Part shown: positions 8,836 through 18,965 of the stretch, in pieces
Numbering within the stretch: the stretch's first letter is position 1
Layout: each line of letters begins with the position of its first letter
Source: Candidatus Moraniibacteriota bacterium
Lineage (GTDB): Bacteria > Patescibacteriota > Minisyncoccia > Moranbacterales > UBA1568
Length of the DNA stretch: 64,000 nucleotides
Direction: 5' to 3'
NCBI GenBank assembly: GCA_013336285.1
Contig: JAAXTX010000004.1
Span: forward strand, 624 to 64,623
Notes under the pieces: generated by a model
Database searches by the model: none
What the model was told of the DNA's origin: nothing
Seen by the model: the letters and a program-made list of their open reading frames with translations, nothing else
Made by a program: the position numbers and the translations under genes

Positions 8836-8953
8836 AGTCCGCCGTCAACGGTTGAATATTTTCGTACCGTATTTCTTTAACCCAAACCATCGGGTCGTTG
8901 TCATTATTCCCTGAATTCCCTGACCTTCTTCCGATATTACATTGATGTAACGG

Positions 8954-9026
8954 TGGACCTGAGGAGACTCGAACTCCTGACCTCCTCCATGCCATGGAGG
9001 CGCTCTACCAACTAAGCTACAGGCCC
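8954..9026 (-). tRNA. tRNA-Ala (anticodon GGC) with G3:U70
   Basis: GGGCCTGTAGCTTAGTTGGTAGAGC, anticodon loop AUGGCAU, T-arm GGAGTTCGAGTCTCC, G3:U70 identity pair present. Confidence 0.8.
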
Positions 9027-9165
9027 TACTGCCTTCAAATAGTACCGATATTCACGAATGAAGTCAAACATTGTAAATCATTATTATGACATATACCTGT
9101 ATTATGTCAATTGTTTATTTACGGTATTTGTTTTTGGATTTGTTCATTTACTATATTCGTATTTT

Positions 9166-9690
9166 GTTCTACGTGAAACATTTTCATATGTCCTAGTATT
9201 CAGCAGTTATTTGCACGTTGCAAATACGGATCTGAATTTGTTTTCAATCATTGATTGGTCTACGTATTAGTTGTTCTACGTGGAACATAGAAAATATATA
9301 TAAAGAAATGAAAAGACTGAAGTAATGAAATATGTTTCACATGGAACATGATATTTGTTGATTCATGTCTAATATACATCCAACGCAAAATATGTCTAAA
9401 AATTGTAATTCGAATCTCAAATTGATCGTTCCGCAGAAAGAAGCTATATGTTTCACGTGGAACAACTAATCTAATTGATGATTTAAAATGAATTAATGTT
9501 ATTACGTGGAACAACTAATTCAATTACGAGAAACGAAAGTGTTTCACGTGGAACAAAAAATACATTACTGAGGAGTGGCTGAACAATCGTACGAGTATGA
9601 ATTGATTAAATACATGATTTGCACATTGAGGCTCCTAAATAGCGAAAGCATTAATAATCAAGGAAAAACGATAAGTGTTCTACGTGGAAC
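9166..9690. repeat. Seven spaced copies of a 14-bp palindromic motif GTTyyACGTGGAAC in an AT-rich intergenic region
   Basis: Copies start at 9166, 9273, 9334, 9450, 9499, 9541 and 9677. Core CACGTG. The region lies between tRNA-Ala (minus) and the 9811 gene. Confidence 0.55.
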
Positions 9691-9810
9691 AAATTAAACT
9701 TGACATTAGATGTGAATTGTATCATAATGCAAATAGAAATAGAATTTCAATGCCGTAAGATGCAGAAGAATATACAATAAAACAACAACCACAAGGATAC
9801 TTGGCAATAT

Positions 9811-10857
9811 GTGGAAATTAGTGATATAATGAAAAAAAAGAAAGTGATAACAAATATGGAACAGAAAAAAGTTCATCGGTCTGTTCTCGGATTATCGAGG
9901 AAATTAGCGTTTCTTATATGTGGCTTGCTCTTCGGGAGCAGTGCCTTTTTTGTTTTCGCATTGGATGAAAAGGCTAATGCAAACATAGTCGAGGACTCGG
10001 ATCAGGACGGTCTCACGAATGCAGAGGAGCAACTATACGGGACAGATGCGACAAATCCAGATACGGACGGCGACGGATATACTGACGGTGTGGAAGTCCG
10101 AAGCGGATACAATCCCATGAAGAAGGCGCCCGGGGATAAGATTACAACCGATTCAGCACAGACCGCGACCGAGGATGGCCGGCAGGTGGGAGAGAATCTG
10201 ACACAGCAAATGTCTTCAAAAATTGCCGGCATCGTTCAAAATGCCGAAGTCAAGGACGACGGCACCGCATCCGTTTCGCTGGACGAACTGAATAGTCTTT
10301 CAGAAGAAATTGCGGCAGGAGGGCAAGATAACATCGTCCTTCCTGACGTTGATGTGTCTACCATAAAGACCAAAAAAGAATCATATACGAAATTGTCCGA
10401 CAAGGACAGAAAGGAAAAGGTGAAGGAAGATATCACGGAGTATATGACCGTGATAGCATACATATTCGCAAACAATTCGCCACAGACGGTGAAGACTACG
10501 AACGATCTGCAGTCGGTATCGGATACGGTAGTGAAAAACGCGACTTCAGCGCTCACCGTTGGAAACCTGTCCCAAATAGATGCGCTCGCGGAAAATGGTA
10601 ACAAGATCCTGGAACAGGTTAAGGATGTCGAAGTGCCCGAGACGATGTTGGATACGCACGTGAAGGCGCTCAAGCTCGCGATGTATGCATCGGAACTTCA
10701 TGATAAGGCTCCTGCCACGACAGACGAAGATCCCATTCAGTCGATCAAGACCTTGTCATATACACAAGGTTTGCTGAACGTAGCAAGTAGTTTTGCGATC
10801 GATGTACAAAAGAAGCTGGCTGATGAAGGCATTTCGGAAATTCCAATAGAGTTCTAG
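9811..10857 (+). CDS. Secreted or membrane-anchored protein with DxDxDG calcium-binding (thrombospondin type-3-like) repeats
   Basis: Hydrophobic N-terminal anchor, then DSDQDGLTNAEEQLYGTDATNPDTDGDGYTDGVEV. Start may be an internal M (MKKKK at 9829 or MEQKK at 9856). Confidence 0.55.
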   Translation: MEISDIMKKKKVITNMEQKKVHRSVLGLSRKLAFLICGLLFGSSAFFVFALDEKANANIVEDSDQDGLTNAEEQLYGTDATNPDTDGDGYTDGVEVRSGYNPMKKAPGDKITTDSAQTATEDGRQVGENLTQQMSSKIAGIVQNAEVKDDGTASVSLDELNSLSEEIAAGGQDNIVLPDVDVSTIKTKKESYTKLSDKDRKEKVKEDITEYMTVIAYIFANNSPQTVKTTNDLQSVSDTVVKNATSALTVGNLSQIDALAENGNKILEQVKDVEVPETMLDTHVKALKLAMYASELHDKAPATTDEDPIQSIKTLSYTQGLLNVASSFAIDVQKKLADEGISEIPIEF

Positions 10858-10867
10858 TCGTATACCT

Positions 10868-11869
10868 ATGAAAAACGGAATTATTGTTCGCATAATCGCG
10901 GGCGTGATAATCTCTTCATCTACGCTTATATTGACGGCTCCGCCAGCCCGGGCGGATTATTGGGGGATGGCGATCGCGGCAACGATACTTAATCAATCTT
11001 TGACGAAGATTCAAAAGCAGATAGAGGGGATAATGCTGGCCGTCCTAAAAACGACGGCGATTTCCGTGATTCAGTCGAATGTAAACAGCATGATCGGCGG
11101 ATCAAATGCAAGCGACACGAAAATTATTACGGATTGGCAAAAATATCTGTATGATGATCCCACTACGACGACAAAGACGTACATGACCAGTTATCTGACG
11201 AGTGCGACTGGTGGAAGATCCACGGGAAATTACAGTAGCGATTGGAGTACGTATCTTCAATCTTCGGCTAAGTCGAATCTCATAACCGGTTCCGATGCGA
11301 CCATGCTGACGAGCAATATGGATGAAATAGTGTCCAATCCCAAGTCGTCGCTTGATAGTGGAAATCTTCTCGCGTACGACGCATATTGGAGTAATCCGAT
11401 GAATAATCCTTACGGGTTTACCATGATTGCCCAGAATCAGGAGCAGTATAAGCTCTCCCAGGAGCAACAGAAGCAATATGTGAAGTCGATTTCACACGGA
11501 TATGACAGCGTCGAGAAGAACGGAAAGGTTATTCTCCCCGGAAGCACCGTAGGCCAGATCGTCGCTGATTCGCAAAATATCGGGAATAACGTCATAGCTT
11601 CCTCTCAAAGCCCCTACGAACTTGCCAGCGGAGTCGTTCTTTCCATAGTGAACAAGGCTGTCACGAAAATGATTCAAAGCGGCGTTGGATCCATTCAGGC
11701 AAACCTGCAACGCGAGGTGAACAGCGTTACAAATAGCATAAGCTCCCAGGTCGGAACGATTTCAAGGACATCGGGTACCCTGTCAAAATACACGACCGAA
11801 GTCAGGCAGCAGTCGGGTACGACGGCGAACACGGCTGCAAACGCCGCAACGGCTATTCCTGTGAAATAG
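10868..11869 (+). CDS. Secreted S/T/N/Q-rich hypothetical protein
   Basis: Signal-peptide-like N-terminus (IIAGVIISSSTLILTAPPARA). No recognised domain. Co-directional with the 9811 gene and followed by a terminator. Confidence 0.5.
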   Translation: MKNGIIVRIIAGVIISSSTLILTAPPARADYWGMAIAATILNQSLTKIQKQIEGIMLAVLKTTAISVIQSNVNSMIGGSNASDTKIITDWQKYLYDDPTTTTKTYMTSYLTSATGGRSTGNYSSDWSTYLQSSAKSNLITGSDATMLTSNMDEIVSNPKSSLDSGNLLAYDAYWSNPMNNPYGFTMIAQNQEQYKLSQEQQKQYVKSISHGYDSVEKNGKVILPGSTVGQIVADSQNIGNNVIASSQSPYELASGVVLSIVNKAVTKMIQSGVGSIQANLQREVNSVTNSISSQVGTISRTSGTLSKYTTEVRQQSGTTANTAANAATAIPVK

Positions 11870-11895
11870 TTGCGGAAATCGAGATAAAAACTAAA

Positions 11896-11921
11896 ACACC
11901 CGGGATATCCGGGTGTTTTTG
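11896..11921 (+). terminator. Rho-independent terminator
   Basis: ACACCCGG-GATAT-CCGGGTGT followed by TTTT. Confidence 0.5.
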
Positions 11922-12026
11922 ATGTGAATATGATATTGAAATGAATCCATCCATCGCGCAAACCGATCGGAAAAAGGGGTGATATCATTATGCCGAGAAT
12001 CTTACGATACATGGTCAATCGCTCGG

Positions 12027-12100
12027 TGGGCGACACAAGATTCGAACTTGTGACCTCCACAATGTCAATGTGGCGCTCTAACCAACTGAGCTAGCCGCCC
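12027..12100 (-). tRNA. tRNA-Val (anticodon GAC)
   Basis: GGGCGGCTAGCTCAGTTGGTTAGAGC, anticodon loop UUGACAU, T-arm ACAAGTTCGAATCTTGT, ends ACC. Confidence 0.8.
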
Positions 12101-12164
12101 AACGAACGATTGAATTCCCTGTTTTGCTAACCCTCTATCGCCTGAAGCTTTCAGCGGTCTGCGA

Positions 12165-13055
12165 TCATGCCTGTCCGGTACCCGGTATTTCCCTTTGTAT
12201 CATCTTTTCATCTTCTTGTGAAGTCTCAATGTCGATCGAAGGTTTCGGCTGTGAGGCGATGTATTTGAAAAGCTTGAGCCAGGCAGACTTGTTTACCGCG
12301 TTCAAATATGAAAATGCGGCTACGATAAGGAAAGAAATTGCGGATATTTTCATTACGGAGAAGGGAAACAGGGTCAGGATCGGGTCAATAACCGACGCCA
12401 GGACCGATGATAGTGTCAAATTGACAAGGATGGAAACCATACCGAATATCAGACTGGATGATATCCGCTTGCGGAAAAGTCCGTATCCTAGATCGATACC
12501 GGTACGTAACGAAACGTTCGAGAGAATAATGTGAAAACTCGAATACGTTTTTGAGTAGAATAACTGTGTCAGTGTGAAGATGTAGATCGCCGCTCCGAAG
12601 ATGAGAAGTATCACGGAGACAGGACTCTCACGACCCGAAAGAAAATATGGGTAAGTGAGCAGGATACCGAGAATTAGCCCAGTAAGCAAGAATCCCGCTT
12701 CGAGTAGAAATATTCTTCGGACAGCTCCCGAAGCCTTCATCGTAGTAGCGACTAAACCCAATCTCTTGTCCGCCAGACTAACGACAAGACCGCACCCTGA
12801 CAGAATCGACAATATTGAAATAGGAACAAGCGCGAGAGCGAAGCCGGGATTTCCTTGAAACCAACGCAGAACCGAATCATGGTATATCTCCAACGGCATT
12901 CCATTCTGGAAAAGTGATACGAAATCAGTTCCGAATACCGCGGAAATCAACCCGAACAGGACCGCCGTCCGATTTCTCGGCACTTCCATGCCGGCCTCCA
13001 GAAAATATCCGAGGAATGTATACCATTCGCCATGTGATTTCCTGCTATTGAGCAT
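12165..13055 (-). CDS. Polytopic integral membrane protein, function unknown
   Basis: Multiple hydrophobic helices. Start chosen at [11 protein letters not shown] (13055) to avoid a ~200-nt overlap with ftsH. Confidence 0.45.
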   Translation of the reverse strand: MLNSRKSHGEWYTFLGYFLEAGMEVPRNRTAVLFGLISAVFGTDFVSLFQNGMPLEIYHDSVLRWFQGNPGFALALVPISILSILSGCGLVVSLADKRLGLVATTMKASGAVRRIFLLEAGFLLTGLILGILLTYPYFLSGRESPVSVILLIFGAAIYIFTLTQLFYSKTYSSFHIILSNVSLRTGIDLGYGLFRKRISSSLIFGMVSILVNLTLSSVLASVIDPILTLFPFSVMKISAISFLIVAAFSYLNAVNKSAWLKLFKYIASQPKPSIDIETSQEDEKMIQREIPGTGQA

Positions 13056-14940
13056 TGCTCTCCGAAGTGACGTCGGAATCGATCTTATCGACATGCTGCG
13101 CGACGGCAGCGGTATCGGTTGAGATCTTTCCTGAAATGATAGCGTCGAAGTCGTCCTTTTCGATCGTTTCTTTTTCGAGTAACGTGTTAGCGATTCGGTC
13201 GAGAATAGCGCGCTTCTCCGTGATGATTTCAGTAGCCTTCCTTTCAGCTTCAGCCACGAGGCTGGCAACTTCGACGTCTATCATCTTCGCGGTATCGTCC
13301 GAATAGTTTCTTTCCTCGTGTAGCTCTTTTCCGAGGAAAATAAGCTCCTCCTTGTTTCCAAACGTACGTGCACCGAGCTTGCTCATTCCATAACGGGTCA
13401 CCATGCTGCGAGCCATGCTGGTCGCACGCTCCAAATCACTGGAGGGACCGGTGGTGGTATCGTTGAAAATCATTCTTTCAGCTGAAAAGCCACCCAGCAG
13501 CGTGGCCAGTTCGGAACGAAAATAATTGGAAGAGTGCAGGGTCTTGTCTTCGGTCGGCACGGCGAGAGTGTAACCGCCGGCATGACCCCGTGCGATGATC
13601 GAAACCTTGTGAACCGGATCGGCATCAGGAAGACTGGCTGCGACCAATGCGTGGCCGGCCTCGTGATAGGCGATTATTTTCTTTTCCTGTTCATTGATGA
13701 CACGGCTTCTCCGTTCGGGCCCGAGAATGACCTTTTCAATGGACTCAGCGAACTCGTTCATACCGATGGTTTTCTTTTCGCGACGGGTGGCGAGAATCGC
13801 TCCCTCGTTCACGAGATTCGCGAGATCGGCGCCTGAAAACCCAGGCGTGCGTTCCGCGAGACGACGTACGTTGACGTCCTTGGCAAGCGGTTTTCCCTTG
13901 AGATGAATCTTGAGTATGGCTTCCCGATCGTTGATATCGGGGAGATCCATCGTGACACGTCGATCGAAACGGCCCGGTCTCAACAACGCTGGATCAAGTA
14001 CGTCAGGGCGGTTCGTCGCCGCGATGACGATGACATTGGTATCGGTTTCGAATCCGTCCATCTCGACAAGAATCTGGTTCAGTGTCTGCTCCCGTTCGTC
14101 ATGGCCACCTCCGAGTCCGGCACCGCGGTGCCGTCCGACCGCATCGATTTCGTCTATAAATACGATTGCCGGTGCGTTCTTTTTCGCCTGCTTGAATAAA
14201 TCACGCACCCGACTCGCACCGACACCGACGAACATCTCGACGAACTCCGATCCCGAGATGTTGAAGAACGGCACGCCCGCTTCGCCGGCTACGGCCTTCG
14301 CGATAAGCGTCTTTCCGGTTCCGGGAGACCCGAGAAGAAGGACGCCTTTAGGAATTTTTGCTCCCATCGCGAGAAATTTCTTGGGATGCTTAAGGAAATC
14401 GACGATTTCCTTAAGCTCCTCCTTGGCTTCCTTGGACCCGGCGACATCGGAAAAAGTGACCGACTTCTTCTTGTTTCGGGGATCGAGCATTCTCGCGCGG
14501 GAAAGACCGAAATTCATAGCCTGTGAGTTTCCGCGTTGAGCCTGTTTCAACATAAACCAGACGAAGCCACCGACAAAAAGGAGCGGGATGAGGAAAGGAA
14601 GCAGCGCGGCAGCCCAGAACGATGCCCCGGATTCTTTCTTGATGTCGATTATGACCGCGGAGAGCTTTTCCTGATCGACGCCGTAGTTTTTTAGGGTTTC
14701 CGTAAGGGAAGACTCCGCTTCCTTGAGCGATTCAGCCTTTTTCCCGTCTGCAAGATCGATAGCAAGGTCATTTGCAGAGACTTCGATCTTGCTTACGTGC
14801 CCCGCATTGATTTCGGTTACCAGAGCGGAAAGTGAGAGTTGCTCCGGCTTTGGCGACTGCTCCTGATAGAGGAGGAGTATGCCGGAAACGACGAGAAAAA
14901 AGACTACTATCGTCGCTATATTTTTCATCAGTTTGTCCAT
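13045..14940 (-). CDS. ftsH: ATP-dependent zinc metalloprotease FtsH
   Basis: N-terminal TM, Walker A GSPGTGKT, zinc site HEAGHA. Confidence 0.9.
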   Translation of the reverse strand: MDKLMKNIATIVVFFLVVSGILLLYQEQSPKPEQLSLSALVTEINAGHVSKIEVSANDLAIDLADGKKAESLKEAESSLTETLKNYGVDQEKLSAVIIDIKKESGASFWAAALLPFLIPLLFVGGFVWFMLKQAQRGNSQAMNFGLSRARMLDPRNKKKSVTFSDVAGSKEAKEELKEIVDFLKHPKKFLAMGAKIPKGVLLLGSPGTGKTLIAKAVAGEAGVPFFNISGSEFVEMFVGVGASRVRDLFKQAKKNAPAIVFIDEIDAVGRHRGAGLGGGHDEREQTLNQILVEMDGFETDTNVIVIAATNRPDVLDPALLRPGRFDRRVTMDLPDINDREAILKIHLKGKPLAKDVNVRRLAERTPGFSGADLANLVNEGAILATRREKKTIGMNEFAESIEKVILGPERRSRVINEQEKKIIAYHEAGHALVAASLPDADPVHKVSIIARGHAGGYTLAVPTEDKTLHSSNYFRSELATLLGGFSAERMIFNDTTTGPSSDLERATSMARSMVTRYGMSKLGARTFGNKEELIFLGKELHEERNYSDDTAKMIDVEVASLVAEAERKATEIITEKRAILDRIANTLLEKETIEKDDFDAIISGKISTDTAAVAQHVDKIDSDVTSESNAQ

Positions 14941-14949
14941 AATTCAGTA

Positions 14950-15894
14950 TCATTGCTTATTCCGTATCATGGTTACTCTATCACCTCTCGCCTCGATTTT
15001 CAACCATAAGGAGGAGTAGGTTCGAACCTTGCTTTTATAGCTCGATATAAGCTTTTCGGCTTCACGTATGAGAGCCGCAGTCGGATATTTTTTAACTCCA
15101 AGGACGATGCGGTAAAGTCTCCGAATTTCAGCTGTCCTGTCAGGCGGTGTCAGGCAGAGATACTCGTTCCGCGAAAATGACAAACCTCCCGGAGTGATGC
15201 ATGTCTGAAGTCCGTGAAAATCGGCGACTTTCTTTTCGAAATGCTCATCCAGAAGACGAGCGGTTCTTGCAAGCGTTTTCCGTACCCCTTTGCGATAGTC
15301 GCGATCCAGAAGGGGAATGAGCTCATGTCTTATACGGTTGCGGAGAATAGTCGTGTCATCATTTGTCTTATCGGTCCGATAGGTGAGTTTTTCAGATCGA
15401 AGAAACTCGAGGATGTCCTTTTTTGAGATCTCCAAGAATGGACGGATAATAGCGCCGTGTCTCGGTCGCATAGCCGCGAGGCCGTAAGGTCCGGTTCCGC
15501 GAAGGAGGCGAATGAGAACGGTTTCGGCCTGATCGTCTTCGGTGTGTGCAGTGACTATGTGATCGAAAGTCTCTATCCGGAGAATTTTTTCGAAGTATCG
15601 ATAGCGAATATCGCGCAGCTCTTCCTCATTCCGTCCCTGTACGATTTTTGGGCGGAAAACGTAACAGGGAACGTCATACTGATCACAAAGGATGCGGACG
15701 AATGATTCGTCGCCATCAGACTCTTCCCCACGGATTCGGTAGTTTACGTGAATAACTCCTATCCGAAGACGAAGTTTATCGCGGAGCGAGAGAAAAACAT
15801 GCAGCAGCGCTACGCTGTCAGGACCTCCCGAACAGGCGATCAAAAAAGAACCAGACTCCGAAAAAAGCCCGTTTCTGCTATCGTAACCGCGCAC
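14950..15894 (-). CDS. tilS: tRNA(Ile)-lysidine synthetase
   Basis: PP-loop SGGPDS. Probable GTG start at 15894, giving ~20 aa before SGGPDS as in characterised TilS. The longer ATG-initiated ORF would overlap gmk by ~100 nt. Confidence 0.7.
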   Translation of the reverse strand: MRGYDSRNGLFSESGSFLIACSGGPDSVALLHVFLSLRDKLRLRIGVIHVNYRIRGEESDGDESFVRILCDQYDVPCYVFRPKIVQGRNEEELRDIRYRYFEKILRIETFDHIVTAHTEDDQAETVLIRLLRGTGPYGLAAMRPRHGAIIRPFLEISKKDILEFLRSEKLTYRTDKTNDDTTILRNRIRHELIPLLDRDYRKGVRKTLARTARLLDEHFEKKVADFHGLQTCITPGGLSFSRNEYLCLTPPDRTAEIRRLYRIVLGVKKYPTAALIREAEKLISSYKSKVRTYSSLWLKIEARGDRVTMIRNKQ

Positions 15895-15940
15895 GCGCTT
15901 TATCAGGGCTCGTCCGAATCCTGATAATGGGACGTACGAC

Positions 15941-16537
15941 CTAGCGACCCTTGAGGGTTCCGAGACGTTCCCTGATGTAGGCTTCCGCTTGGTCGACGGC
16001 TTCCGAGAGCTTCCCGTCCCGATTTTCGATGACGTAGTCATAATATGGTTTCTCTTTCTCGATTTCCTCCCGTGCGTTATCGAGACGGCGTTCAAGCTCT
16101 TTTTCCGACATGTCGGGATTCCTGATTCGAAGTCGGTTAGCGAGAATTTCCAGGGATTCCGGCGCAATAAAAATCGTATCCGCACCGAATTGTTCCTTAA
16201 AGAATTTCGTACCTACGATGTCAGTGTTCGCTATGATGACGTTGCCGGATTCGAGATCGCGCGCCAATTCAGGCCGATAGGTCCCATAGTATGTATCACG
16301 GTTCGAAATGTACGAGTATTCGGGTATATTGCCGTTTTTCAATTCTTCTTCAAAGCGTTCCTTGGCGAAGAAAAAATAGTCTACACCCTCCAGTTCCCCG
16401 TCACGTGGAGCCCGAGTCGTAGCCGTTATGAGTCTTCTTGCGGGAAGTCTCTCCAATAATGCTTTCGTAATGGTGCTTTCCCCGCTTCCGCTGGGTCCGC
16501 TGATGACAACTATGTGTCCGGTTCCGTTATTATTCAT
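15941..16537 (-). CDS. gmk: Guanylate kinase
   Basis: GPSGSGESTI P-loop, typical Gmk length. Confidence 0.85.
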   Translation of the reverse strand: MNNNGTGHIVVISGPSGSGESTITKALLERLPARRLITATTRAPRDGELEGVDYFFFAKERFEEELKNGNIPEYSYISNRDTYYGTYRPELARDLESGNVIIANTDIVGTKFFKEQFGADTIFIAPESLEILANRLRIRNPDMSEKELERRLDNAREEIEKEKPYYDYVIENRDGKLSEAVDQAEAYIRERLGTLKGR

Positions 16538-16609
16538 ACGGTTTTCGATGTGTTTCGGAAGTGAATGACCAGATAAGAAAAGTCCCGCACAAGGCGGGAC
16601 TCGGGGAGG

Positions 16610-17782
16610 TTATTCCGATTTCTTCTCCTCACCCTTTCCTTCGGCAGTCTTCTTTTTCTTGCCGGCGTCCTTGACCGGAAGAAGGCCCATGCGATGAGCC
16701 TGTTGCTCGATCGAAAGGATTTTCCAGTCATACGTCTCGCCAGTCCGGAAGATGTCTTCCATCTTCTGCCGCGGGTAAACGTCTTGGAACTCCGAGACGT
16801 GGGCAAGACCGTGGATATCGTCGTCGAGATATACGAACGCCCCGAAATGGTTGATCTTATCCACTTTGCCAGAAACGATCTGACCGACCTGATAACGCTC
16901 GAGTACGGCAGTCCACGGGTCTTTCTGGAGCGCTTTCATGGACAGAGAGATGCGCGTATCCTCGATGCCGATGATCTTCGCTTTCACATGATCGCCGGTT
17001 TTTACGATTTCTCGCGGATTGTCGATGAGCTGCCAAGCCAATTCCGAGATATGGACGAGTCCCTCGAGCTTCTGACCGGCCTTTTTACCGTTCGGATCGA
17101 TCGGGGCATCAAATTTGACGAACGCTCCAAAATCGACGACGCCGGATACTTCTCCCTCGATCATTTCTCCGGGTCGAAGTCTTCCGATAAGTTCGCGATC
17201 GCGTTCACTCTGCGCCGCTTTTTCGCTGACAATGAGCTTTTCGTTCTCACGGTCAATGTCGAGAATCCGTATACTGATCGTTTCTCCGATCAGGGAGCGA
17301 AGCATATCGAGAATCTTGTTCTTGTCACCGTCTTCAACGCGCGGATAGTGCTCGTTGGCGAGTTGAGAGACCGGAAGAAAGCCCATAATTCCGTTGAGTT
17401 CTACCATGAGTCCGCCTTTGTTGGCGTCCTGTACCTTCGTTTCTATGACGGATTTTCCTTCGAGTTTGTCAAAAAGATCCTCCCAGGCCTTCTCGTAGGA
17501 GGCTTCACGGATGGATATCTCTATATCACCGTCCTCGTTTTCGAAACTGACGAGTGTCCCGATCACTTCTTCTCCTACATGAAGCTTGGCACCTCCGGAG
17601 AGGCCGCTTTTCATTTCCTTGCCCAAAACGACACCGGTCCCGAGCGGGCCGAGGTCTACCAATGCCTGATTTGAGGCCACATGAATGACGGTTCCCGTCA
17701 CTGCGTCGCCGACGGAGGGAATCTCTACGGAATCCTCCTCAATTAGGTTTTCCAATACGGTCGAATCGCTTGCTTTTGACAT
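16610..17782 (-). CDS. rpsA: 30S ribosomal protein S1
   Basis: Repeated S1 domains (GEVSGVVDFGAFVKF, GKVDKINHFGAFVYL). Confidence 0.85.
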   Translation of the reverse strand: MSKASDSTVLENLIEEDSVEIPSVGDAVTGTVIHVASNQALVDLGPLGTGVVLGKEMKSGLSGGAKLHVGEEVIGTLVSFENEDGDIEISIREASYEKAWEDLFDKLEGKSVIETKVQDANKGGLMVELNGIMGFLPVSQLANEHYPRVEDGDKNKILDMLRSLIGETISIRILDIDRENEKLIVSEKAAQSERDRELIGRLRPGEMIEGEVSGVVDFGAFVKFDAPIDPNGKKAGQKLEGLVHISELAWQLIDNPREIVKTGDHVKAKIIGIEDTRISLSMKALQKDPWTAVLERYQVGQIVSGKVDKINHFGAFVYLDDDIHGLAHVSEFQDVYPRQKMEDIFRTGETYDWKILSIEQQAHRMGLLPVKDAGKKKKTAEGKGEEKKSE

Positions 17783-17911
17783 AGGTCTTTATCATGGGCC
17801 GGTGCGCGTCCGTCCCATTGAATGATTATCGCGCAAAATTAACCGGAAGAACTCCGAATAATCGGTAGAAGGATGATACCCGGTAATTCGCACTTTGGCA
17901 AGGGCTGGCGC

Positions 17912-17941
17912 TTGGCAGGGCAGTGGAATACGTGCTAGACT
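17912..17941 (+). promoter_or_regulatory. Possible promoter TTGGCA-18-TAGACT upstream of 17983
   Basis: cttggcagggcagtggaatacgtgctagact. The 18-nt spacer makes this weaker. Confidence 0.3.
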
Positions 17942-17982
17942 GAAGTTCGCCGAGGTGGTTCGGTCTTCTTTTTATAGATTCT

Positions 17983-18642
17983 ATGAACATACAGTATTAC
18001 GGTGATTTTTGCTTCAAACTGACCACAAAGCCGGCTGGGAGAGCTACGGAAGAAGTCGTAGTGTGGACGGATCTTCCAGAAAAGAGCACCGGTATTCGTT
18101 CCCCTTTTGGACATGCCGATGTCGTTCTATTGTCGTACTTGAATCCGACGGATGATGTTCTCTCGGGACTTAAGGATGAGCCGGAAATCCTGTATACCCC
18201 GGGAGAATATTCCGTAAAGGGCGTGACTATCCTTGGATATCCGAGTTTCCGGGATGGCGTGGGAGGCGTGGAAAAAGGTCAGAATACGGTATTCGTTTTT
18301 GATTCCGAGGAGATGCGTTTCGTATATCTCGGCGGGATAGGCCATCCGCCTGACGACGGGTTGATTGAAAAAATAGGAGATGTAGACGTATTATTCATAC
18401 CTATCGGTGGTGAAGGAATCATTTCACAGAAAAAGGCGGATGAAATAATACGAGATATAGAACCCAAGATAGTCATCCCGATGCATTATCAAATGGAAGG
18501 GACGACTATACAGGCTGAAACGCCGGAGTCTTTTTGTAGGGAGACCGGGCGCAATTTTAATGACGAACTCGGAAAGCTTAATTTCAAAAAGAAGGACTTG
18601 GACGGGAAAAGCATGGAAGTGACGTTCCTAAAGAGAACCTGA
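17983..18642 (+). CDS. Metallo-beta-lactamase-fold hydrolase (UlaG/Lactamase_B_3-like)
   Basis: VDVLFIPIGGEG...IVIPMHY pattern of MBL-fold metal hydrolases. Confidence 0.6.
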   Translation: MNIQYYGDFCFKLTTKPAGRATEEVVVWTDLPEKSTGIRSPFGHADVVLLSYLNPTDDVLSGLKDEPEILYTPGEYSVKGVTILGYPSFRDGVGGVEKGQNTVFVFDSEEMRFVYLGGIGHPPDDGLIEKIGDVDVLFIPIGGEGIISQKKADEIIRDIEPKIVIPMHYQMEGTTIQAETPESFCRETGRNFNDELGKLNFKKKDLDGKSMEVTFLKRT

Positions 18643-18647
18643 CTCAT

Positions 18648-18923
18648 ATGATGGCGTACATAGAGAAAAAAATCGAGGAAATTCGAAATAAACCGGAACC
18701 TATAAGGGTGATATATGTCTGGGGCATGGTGGCGGCAGTCATGGTTCTTGTCGTCTTCGTTTGGATATTTACGCTCCGCGAGAACCTTGCAACCGCCGTT
18801 CCGTCTGCCGGCACCGATGTGATCCAGGACGCTGTCCGACAGGATGATACGCGGAGTCAGGTGGAAAAGCCTTCGTTACAGGAATCATTCGGTGCGGAGG
18901 GCGCTACAGGAACTTCCAGGTAA
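18648..18923 (+). CDS. Small membrane-anchored hypothetical protein
   Basis: One TM helix (VIYVWGMVAAVMVLVVFVWIF). 91 aa. Confidence 0.35.
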   Translation: MMAYIEKKIEEIRNKPEPIRVIYVWGMVAAVMVLVVFVWIFTLRENLATAVPSAGTDVIQDAVRQDDTRSQVEKPSLQESFGAEGATGTSR

Positions 18924-18965
18924 TCGGTGAGTCGGAAACGGGTGGGGGGGGGTGATGCATAAATA

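Noticed and set aside
9030-9810. Replication origin (oriC)
   Set aside because: Only a partial resemblance to DnaA boxes, and no dnaA, dnaN or gyrB gene is adjacent (gyrA is ~9 kb away). Kept as one hypothesis inside the motif-array finding, not as a feature.
14950-16185. Full-length 411-aa tilS ORF starting at the upstream ATG
   Set aside because: It would overlap gmk by >100 nt and put ~100 residues before the PP-loop. A GTG start at 15894 gives the canonical ~20-residue lead-in, so the shorter model is preferred, with some uncertainty.
16534-16806. 90-aa ORF overlapping the rpsA 3' end
   Set aside because: Arg-rich antisense or out-of-frame artefact with no support.
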